A stretch of DNA of 63,769 nucleotides, the filler included, from Octopus bimaculoides (lineage: Eukaryota): NCBI RefSeq assembly GCF_001194135.2. It is 4 parts of 3 records of this genome, joined end to end, with 100 filler letters (N's around TTAATTAATTAA, not from the genome) between each part and the next. Parts side by side here need not be neighbours in the genome. Positions count along the whole stretch, not along the records: positions 40,898 to 58,700 come from NC_068982.1; positions 58,801 to 63,769 come from NC_069002.1; 2 more parts are not named here. One strand, given 5' to 3'. The translations under genes were made by a program, and so were the position numbers. Below the pieces are notes generated by a model. It did not search any database and was not told where the DNA came from. It worked only from the letters and a program-made list of their open reading frames with translations. This document shows positions 54,777 to 63,769 of this stretch, piece after piece. Every line of letters begins with the position of its first letter. The stretch's first letter is position 1.

Positions 54777-55677
54777 GCCAAAGAAGTTGCACGTATCATA
54801 AGATGAAACGATGAGCCTATGTGAGCAGAAAACTATGCATGGGTTTCTTAGTAGATGTCTCCGAGATGATAGTAACATCGATCGTCAAAGCAGTCTCTCG
54901 TGGACCAATAGCTGGATTACTATCTCCCACTTTAAAGGGTATGCGTTTGCAATCGAGGAAGAAGGAATATCAACCAAATACCTAATGCACAAAAGGGATA
55001 GAGATGTAGGAAAACCAGTAAAATGGGACATCCACGTCATAAACAGTTATCCGAAAATATCATCACGGTATTATCAACCGATGAGTCATGATGTTGTAAC
55101 TAGGACACTCTATATTGAAATCTGTTGGAAGGATAACTCCGAGGACAAAGTAATTAGAACCCACAGTATGGTAGAAGCCATTGCCAATCGTGATAAAGAG
55201 AAATACTGGTGGAATGTACCAGTGAAGACCTCAGTAAATTTTAAGCACAATATATCTCATATAATGATTTGGGATAGAGAAGATCAACTGTGTACAGTTG
55301 TGGAAATTAGCTGCGTAGCGAATGTTAACATAAAGCTGAAGATCAGTGAAAAAGAAAATATGTACGCTGAGTCTCCAGTTACTCTATCCAGATTACAAGT
55401 TCAGATTTATACTTGTAATTGTTGAGGCCCTGGGATATGTAGCACACTGTCTAAATACCCATCTTGAGAAATTAGTTTTCTCAAAACCAGAAAGGAGAAA
55501 GCTAATACGAAGACTATACAGTCAATCCATCACTGGAACTGTAAAAATCTGTAAAACTTTCCAGAGTTTTATCATTTAAATATATTTGAGCATGTCTAGA
55601 TATTCAACTATATGCATGGGAATACATACATAAAGCAAAAGATACAAATATGCACATATATATGCACATATATATGC
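54777..55677 (+). mobile_element. RLE-LINE 3' part, (ATAC)n-flanked family
   Basis: MHGFLSR...W...FAIEEEGISTKYL...KYWWNVPVKTSVNFKHNISHIMIWDREDQLCTVVEISC...ERRKLIRRL...KTFQSFII*; (ATAC)n immediately 5' (to 54776) and 3' (~55678-55724). Confidence 0.85.
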
Positions 55678-57581
55678 ATACATACATACATACATACATA
55701 CATACATACATACATACATACATACAAGAATACCCTGTTGTTGATGTTGAAATTCCAATAAAGGAGCCTTGGATCTAGGTTAGAAACCAGCTCCCGCTAT
55801 TGGCAATAAATCTTGAAATAAAATTGAACAATGGCATATATACATACATATTAATAAACGAATGAAAATAAGCATCGGGAGCTGTATAAGCATTCCTATT
55901 AGCATCCGTTTGTTTCTGCAACAAGGAACTTTGCAATGAATGAGAGGGGATTATTCTGCAGCTGCCATACAAACATCATTGTATGTGCACTTATACACAC
56001 CAATTATGACATTTACGAGAAAGAGAGCTAGCAAGATGAACGCAATACTATTTTTCTGATAACTTTGTTTTCGTCTTCAAATTACTTTTGGGTCGATTTA
56101 GTAGCCCAGCATTCCACAATTTATAAAGTGAATCTCTTTCTACATTCCAGTTCGAGAAATTATGTTGTTTACGTTATATTATGTTTCTATATATTATATA
56201 ATACCATCAACAATACTTCTAACTTTCATGCACTTATCAAAATCATTATATATTATATTTATTAACTAGACGCCATTATTGATTCTTGGTTACTACTTGC
56301 GTAAATGTTGAAGTGATATGTCAGAGAGAAAAACGTCTATGCCACAGAGTAATATATTATATAGTATTCTAAGTCTCGACAAAGTATTAAATTTAAATAA
56401 ACAATGAATATTAAGATTAAAATCATTGAAGAAAGTTAATAATTTGAAAGAAAGAAAAATAGTGCAATGCATTAATATTATATTGTTTGCGATCTTTTAT
56501 ATCAGAATATATATGTTCCAAATTTCAATGACACAAAGGAATAAATCTTTGATAATCATACAGAAGAATATATTTTATCCAGAGAGAATACGATACTACA
56601 GCAAGCACCCAGATGCGCGTTAATGAATTCTCTATGCCACCCATGTACGTCAAAAGTGTAATCCACTGATGTTATGACTTCGTCATCTATATAAAGTGCA
56701 TAATATATTAATTAAATGTATGAAGTTTATATACACGTATCAATATCAATATGTGAAAGTAAGTATAAAAATCTTAAGTTATTATTTTTTCACATCTTAC
56801 ACTGTGGCCGACCAGAATTATTAGACATCATCATGTTCGTAATAATACGGTGTTAACTTCTAAATTTCTCTATAATGGTAGAGTAATTTATTTTCCCATT
56901 ATCTGTGTGCGTTTGTGTGAGTATGCACGTTCGTTTGGATATCCCTTAGTTCATGATGAAATAGATGCTCTTAGATGCCTTCCTGTAAAATGATATTGTG
57001 TTTAATATGTTTGGAGAGGCAATAGGTATGATTAAACGAAAAGTTTAGCTTTAACATAGGCAGCTGTCGTCTCTGTACCTAGGATAATATATGTGCTCTG
57101 TCAAAGACCAACAAAACTAAATTTAAAAGGTCCTTAAATTAGAAATTAGTTAATATTAAAAAGAAACCTGCACAGATTGAAAATGCATCCCAGGTGATTG
57201 CCAAAAGAACAAAAAACTTAAAATTAGGAAATATGCGTTAAACAGTGAATGAATATATGTCCATATAAAAATATTTATTGCTTAGCCCTTTTTTGATATT
57301 GCATAACACATTAAATCTTTAATTCCTTCTCCTTATGAAGGAATGTGTTCTTATACGCGTACTTTACATTTGAAAGGGTTTCCAATAATGTGATAAAATT
57401 ATACACATAACTGACTTTTCCAAGTATAATTTCCACGCTTAATTGTTTTTAGATGAAACATGAACAGGTTTAATTAAGATCCTGAAATCTTGTTTAAATC
57501 CGTTTCTAATTAATGCAGATTACCAAAGGATCTAATATATCTATAATGATATGACCCCGTGAGGAAGAAAGTCAGAGTGCA

Positions 57582-57656
<75 letters not shown>

Positions 57657-58700
57657 TTATGTTTGACTTTTGTTTTGCATTTGTACAAGTTGGATCCAAG
57701 TCTCACCCAGAGACCTCAAGAGACAAGTTAGAAGTTCATGTAGGTGTTATGCCTAGGGTACCATATATTTGGATTTGTACAGTTTTGTTCAAGTGAATGT
57801 TTAAGAAACCATAAGAAAATTATGTGTTTGCTTTAAAATTTGAGATCACGTAGACAGTATTTTACGTAGGATATGGGCAGTTCCCATGAGCACTATCTTT
57901 TGAACTTCAGCCATTTTGAAGTTTCCTGGTATCTGAGCTAGGTAGTAATCAGCCCGTTTCGCTGTCATTCCCAGGGCACCTATGACAATAGGTATTGTCT
58001 TCGTCTTCAGATTCCACATTTTGCTAATTTCTATTTCAAGATCTTTATATTTGCTCAGTTTTTGGTAGGTCTTGACAGATACGTTTATATCGATTGGGAC
58101 AGTCATATCAATGAGGAGGCATGATTTTTGTCTGAAGTCTTTCAGTATGACGTCTGGCCTATTTGCGTCTATCTTTCTGTCAGTTTGAATGGTGAAGTTC
58201 CAGAGGAGTACAATGTGATCATTTTCAAGTACTGGGGGTGGTTTGTGTTCCCACCAGTTTTTATCATGGGGCAAGTCCAGGTTTTCGCATATTAACCAGT
58301 GAATATATTGTGCTGCTCTATCATGCCTGTTGAGATACTCTGAACGCGCAAGCAGACTGCACATGGAGACAACATGATCGATGGTCTCATTTTGTTGTTG
58401 GCATATACGACATAATGGGGAGCTGCCGTTCTTTAATATGTTGGCCTGGTAGTTCTTTGTAGGTAGGCATTGATCTTGGGCTGCTATGATAAACCCCTCT
58501 GTTTCTGATTTCAAGCCAGAGGCCATTAACCATTGGTGGGTAAGGGCTTTGTTAATATCTGCATTATTCGCTCTCTTTGGGTATTTGCCATTGAGAGGTT
58601 TTCCATGCCATTTTTCAGTCATAATATCTAAGGCAGCAATTTTAGCACGGGTTTTCAAGCGCTTAGCTTTTTCTGCAGGTGTTTCTAGTTCGTCTAATTC
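57657..58700 (-). mobile_element. R4/Dong-like LINE, relatively young 3' portion with an intact 270-aa ORF piece
   Basis: ORF 57846-58658 contains the CRICQQQNETIDHVVSMC zinc knuckle, RHD motif and RPDVI...IDMTVP...K..KY RLE motifs. The 3' UTR runs straight into (TAA)n at 57582-57656. The 5' side is cut by the spacer. Confidence 0.93.
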
Positions 58701-58800
58701 NNNNNNNNNNNNNNNNNNNNNNNNNNNNNNNNNNNNNNNNNNNNTTAATTAATTAANNNNNNNNNNNNNNNNNNNNNNNNNNNNNNNNNNNNNNNNNNNN
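58701..58800. other. Artificial 100-nt scaffold spacer
   Basis: 44 N + TTAATTAATTAA (58745-58756) + 44 N. Confidence 0.95.
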
Positions 58801-58809
58801 ATATATATA

Positions 58810-59360
58810 TGTTGTTGTACTTGGGGATGGTCATATTGCCAGTTTAGCCAATAAAAACACACGCACTGTATATTTGGTGTTAATTTGCTTCAGCTTTATA
58901 TTACATTACATTACATTAATCTTATTTCGGCCAGAGTTCTTTCGTCACACTTCTGTGACCTCATCAGTGGTCTTTTGCTTTCTTCTTTCTTATGTGTGTC
59001 CCACCTTGCTAACTATCAGCCATTTTGTATTTTGTATTCCTATTGTATGTGTCTACGCATGCGTATCCCTCTATGTGTGTCTGTGTTTTTGTAAGTGCAT
59101 GTGGGTGTGTATGGGGAGTGCCTGTATTATCTATATCCTTTGTTAATACCTGTTCGTTTATTTTTGTTTTTATTTATCCATTTGTTCATGTGTTTATACC
59201 TACTCTTTTTTTATGTATTTAATTTAATTTTGTTAACGTATGTAGTATTTAATTCCATTTGTTTATCTACGTATTGTATCGTATTATACTTTGTTCATAT
59301 TGTTATTGATTTATGGGGAATTTATTGTCATATGTTGTGGTTTGTTAGGGGTGTGTGTTA
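58810..59360 (-). mobile_element. Possible Penelope-like terminal repeat
   Basis: Minus strand CTGATGAGG...GGCCGAAA motif typical of Penelope-like element ends, in an otherwise non-coding A-rich stretch. Confidence 0.35.
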
Positions 59361-61023
59361 GTGGTGATAGTGGTGGTGGTGGTGGTGGTGGTGGTGGTGG
59401 CGTTGTAGTAGTAGTAGTAGTAGTAGTAGTAATAACAGTAGTAGTAGTAAAGTTCTAAGTGTGCCTTGATTGAAGAGATTTTATGATCGAAGACGTTCCG
59501 GGCGTGAACATCNNNNNNNNNNNNNNNNNNNNNNNNNNNNNNNNNNNNNNNNNNNNNNNNNNNNNNNNNNNNNNNNNNNNNNNNNNNNNNNNNNNNNNNN
59601 NNNNNNNNNNNNNNNNNNNNNNNNNNNNNNNNNNNNNNNNNNNNNNNNNNNNNNNNNNNNNNNNNNNNNNNNNNNNNNNNNNNNNNNNNNNNNNNNNNNN
59701 NNNNNNNNNNNNNNNNNNNNNNNNNNNNNNNNNNNNNNNNNNNNNNNNNNNNNNNNNNNNNNNNNNNNNNNNNNNNNNNNNNNNNNNNNNNNNNNNNNNN
59801 NNNNNNNNNNNNNNNNNNNNNNNNNNNNNNNNNNNNNNNNNNNNNNNNNAAATGCATGTCGCATGAACGGAGAAAGATCTGTCTACTTGTTTCTCGCATG
59901 CTGCCGAAACACATTTTTTTTCTCTCTCCATTTCATTTTTTTTTTTTTCGTTCTCTCCTTTTTTTTCCCTCTCAACCTTTCCTTTCAAAGAGCGTAGGCT
60001 CAAAACGTCAAAGACTTTTCCAGTCTTCCTGAGCGTCAAGCTAATACACCTGCTTGTTGTTCCCTCGCCTGTCTTCGTCTCTTATTTTCTGTAAATTTGA
60101 ACACTGTGTGTGTGTGTGTGTGTGCGCGCGCGCGCGCGCGTACGCGCGTGTGTGTACACATTTGCTGCAAAAGGATCCACAAAGGACGGAGACTATCAAA
60201 ATGACTTATGCTACGATATCATTGGCGAGACAGAACAACGCAAATCGGACAGTTAAATAATCCATTATCATAGCACGGAATGCATCGATGAAGAGAAGTT
60301 CACCATTGTTTGGTAATCCGCAACTCCAGTAGGATCCAAATGTATCCAAAGATGAATGGAACCTTAAGCGTGGCGTTAAAACATAATAAAAGCAGACGAA
60401 TGGGTTATCTGGTTCTACTACAATTGTTTCAAGAATCTTTACTGTGACGTAAAGATAGTACAGCCAGATGTACAGTACACGTAACAATCATAAGATGGTG
60501 TATTATGCCATCTCATCAGGCTCACCGAATAAACAAGCAAGCAAATATATAAGCATCTTAAATAGTATATATTTGTGCGTGTGCATATTTCCACGTATAC
60601 GTACATTCACACACGCACACACACAAACATACACATATACACACATATACGTATGTATATTCACATATGTAGATGTTCGTCCGCGTCACGTCCGTTTTTC
60701 AATGATAGCATGGGTGTCAGTCAACATTTTATTAAAGGCGCGCGTATTAAGTCAATAACTTTCATCAGTTTATCAAGAGATTTTTTTACTTTATTCCACT
60801 GGTCTTCGAAAATGTTAAGCGACTGATGTGTGTGTGTGTGTGTGTGTCGATGTCTGATTTCATGCCGAGTTCCAACATGAAACATTTTAACATAAACCTG
60901 AAGAATTACTCAGTATCCTTTAAGGCAAGCAGGCCGAAGCTTCGAAGTCACTTTCACTCACTTTTTGTGAAATTATAATAACTATACAAATGTATGTGTA
61001 TGTATATAAAACTCTCTCTCCCT

Positions 61024-61077
<54 letters not shown>

Positions 61078-61115
61078 CGATACATACAAGCGCACACACA
61101 TACATAAGTATACAA

Positions 61116-61147
<32 letters not shown>

Positions 61148-61954
61148 ACACACACACACATACACACATACATATACATATATACATATGTGTATATATA
61201 TNNNNNNNNNNNNNNNNNNNNNNNNNNNNNNNNNNNNNNNNNNNNNNNNNNNNNNNNNNNNNNNNNNNNNNNNNNNNNNNNNNNNNNNNNNNNNNNNNNN
61301 NNNNNNNNNNNNNNNNNNNNNNNNNNNNNNNNNNNNNNNNNNNNNNNNNNNNNNNNNNNNNNNNNNNNNNNNNNNNNNNNNNNNNNNNNNNNNNNNNNNN
61401 NNNNNNNNNNNNNNNNNNNNNNNNNNNNNNNNNNNNNNNNNNNNNNNNNNNNNNNNNNNNNNNNNNNNNNNNNNNNNNNNNNNNNNNNNNNNNNNNNNNN
61501 NNNNNNNNNNNNNNNNNNNNNNNNNNNNNNNNNNNNNNNNNNNNNNNNNNNNNNNNNNNNNNNNNNNNNNNNNNNNNNNNNNNNNNNNNNNNNNNNNNNN
61601 NNNNNNNNNNNNNNNNNNNNNNNNNNNNNNNNNNNNNNNNNNNNNNNNNNNNNNNNNNNNNNNNNNNNNNNNNNNNNNNNNNNNNNNNNNNNNNNNNNNN
61701 NNNNNNNNNNNNNNNNNNNNNNNNNNNNNNNNNNNNNNNNNNNNNNNNNNNNNNNNNNNNNNNNNNNNNNNNNNNNNNNNNNNNNNNNNNNNNNNNNNNN
61801 NNNNNNNNNNNNNNNNNNNNNNNNNNNNNNNNNNNNNNNNNNNNNNNNNNNNNNNNNNNNNNNNNNNNNNNNNNNNNNNNNNNNNNNNNNNNNNNNNNNN
61901 NNNNNNNNNNNNNNNNNNNNNNNNNNNNNNNNNNNNNNNNNNNNNNNNNNNNNN

Positions 61955-62005
<51 letters not shown>

Positions 62006-62102
62006 GCACACACACATGTATACATACATGCATACATACATGTATACATACATGTATGCATACATTTGTACGTACATACATATATTCATATATCCATACA
62101 TA

Positions 62103-62287
62103 CCAATCTTGAAAAGTTTGGCTTCTCAAAACCAGAAAGGAGAAAGCTGATTCGAAGACTACAAATCGAAGCCATCTCTGGAAGTGTAAAAATCTTTAAA
62201 ACTTTCCTGAAGTTTATTATATAAGTATATATGAGCATGTCTAGACATGCAACTATATGCATGAGAATATATATTGGCATAAAACAA
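62103..62287 (+). mobile_element. RLE-LINE 3' end, (ATAC)n-flanked family
   Basis: LEKFGFSKPERRKLIRRLQIEAISGSVKIFKTFLKFII* plus a 3' UTR homologous to 55460-55640; ATAC repeats on both sides. Confidence 0.85.
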
Positions 62288-62336
62288 AACATACATACAT
62301 ACATACATACATACATACATACATACATACATACAC

Positions 62337-62610
62337 CGTGCGGCTGACACGTAAAAGCACCCACTACACTCTCTGAGTGGTTGGCGTTAGGAAGGGCATC
62401 TAGCTGTAGAAACTCTGCCAAATCAGATTGGAGGCTGGTGTTGCCATCTGGTNNNNNNNNNNTCTCTGAGTGGTTGGCGTTAGGAAGGGCATCTAGCTGT
62501 AGAAACTCTGCCAAATCAGATTGGAGGCTGGTGTTGCCATCTGGTTTCACCAGTCCTCAGTCAAATCGTCCAACCCATGCTGGCATGGAAAGCGGACGTT
62601 AAACGATGAT
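62337..62610 (+). mobile_element. SINE/retroelement tail ending in (GAT)n
   Basis: GAGTGGTTGGCGTTAGGAAGGGCATCTAGCTGTAG...CCATGCTGGCATGGAAAGCGGACGTTAAACGATGATGAT. The internal duplication around the 10-N gap is likely an assembly overlap. Confidence 0.6.
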
Positions 62611-63769
62611 GATGATACATACATACATGCATACATATGTGTATATATTTATATGTATATATCTTTAGCTTTTATGTTTTTATTTATTTTAGTCATTGGA
62701 TTGCTGCCATGCTGGACACCACCAAAGCCTAGTACTTATTCTGTTGGTTTCTATTGCCGAAGCTTAAACGCACCAACATCGGTTGCAAAGCGGTGATGGG
62801 CACAAACACAGACACAAAGACACTCACACTCGTACATATATATATATATATATAAACAATATGGAACACATACATAGGGTATGTGCTTTGCTAGTTCGCG
62901 AGTAGGCAGCGCTTATAGGTGTAAAAGAATATGTTTTCATTAATACGTTTGGTGTTAAAGCACGAAGTCGTCACAGACAAGCGAGATAACTCGCATCGGA
63001 TTCCATTCAGAGGCGATGGACATTAATGTGTTGTGATTATTGTGACTTGGCAACACTGCCTTCCAGAACAAGGCCCGATGCAGGTTAAATCGCTGTCTAT
63101 GGCTATATGCAAAATGGTGTAACAACCATCTGCTGATATGTCACAACGTTTCATACCACGGAAAAAAATGTACATATAATGTACACGTATATATGTATAT
63201 CCACTCAGAAGATTATGGTCGGTCCGAGGCTATAGTTAGAAGCATTTTGTCGAGATGCTACACAGTGGGACTGAACCCGAAACCATTTTGCTAGGAAGCA
63301 AACTTCCTACCACACACATACATGTGTACATACATACATACATACATACATATGCATATATATATATATATATATATATGTTCACATGTCTGTGTGTTAC
63401 AATAACTGTATTTTACACAGAAGGCCAGCAGTTTTGAAAGGGGAGAACAACAATCGAATACATCGACGAGCCCACTATATAACTGTTACTTTGATTTAAT
63501 GACCCCGAGAGGATCAAAGACAATACCGACCGCAGCAATGTTTGAACTCAGGATGTAACAAAAGGAAGAATTACTGCGAAGCAAGTTTTCCAACACCCTA
63601 ACAATTCTACCAATCCTATACTGTTGTCTGATACTGTGCAATTCTTCAGATTAATGCTAAATTGCTTATATTGTAACTCGCCATAAAAGCAAAGATAATA
63701 TACGCTGTCTCCAACCCATAATCTCATTGATAAACAAACGTGAAACGAACGAACATATATATATATATA

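Noticed and set aside
60206-60487. 93-aa hydrophobic minus-strand ORF
   Set aside because: No recognisable domain or convincing splice sites.

Overview
Eukaryotic (metazoan) genomic DNA, AT-rich, microsatellite-dense and gappy. The tRNA-derived SINEs and repeat landscape look like a coleoid cephalopod, probably Octopus (inference). The window is not one continuous molecule. Three artificial 100-nt spacers (44 N + TTAATTAATTAA + 44 N; 24271-24370, 40798-40897, 58701-58800) join four pieces. Piece 1 carries ten + strand exons of a secreted modular protein: TSP1 - LamG/TSPN - linker - 6x EGF - first half of an EMI domain; no start exon was found and the model breaks off at the spacer. Piece 2 carries the first six - strand coding exons of an SCO-spondin/vWF-family gene: signal peptide - EMI - 6-Cys TB-like module - VWD; it also breaks off at the same spacer. 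All of its splice phases join in frame. The EMI half-exon of piece 1 is splice-compatible with EMI exon 3 of piece 2, so the two may be one locus with alternative N-termini on a mis-oriented contig. An intron of the minus gene holds two tandem ~350-nt units, each with a type I hammerhead-ribozyme-like fold (retrozyme-like). The rest is decayed mobile DNA: restriction-like-endonuclease (R4/Dong-like) LINE fragments tied to (TAA)n or (ATAC)n microsatellites, plus mariner, Helitron, Tx1/L1, Merlin, Penelope, MITEs and SINEs. Most ORFs in the supplied track are microsatellite or N-gap artefacts. All calls come from manual reading and translation; no database searches were run, and repeat boundaries are approximate.
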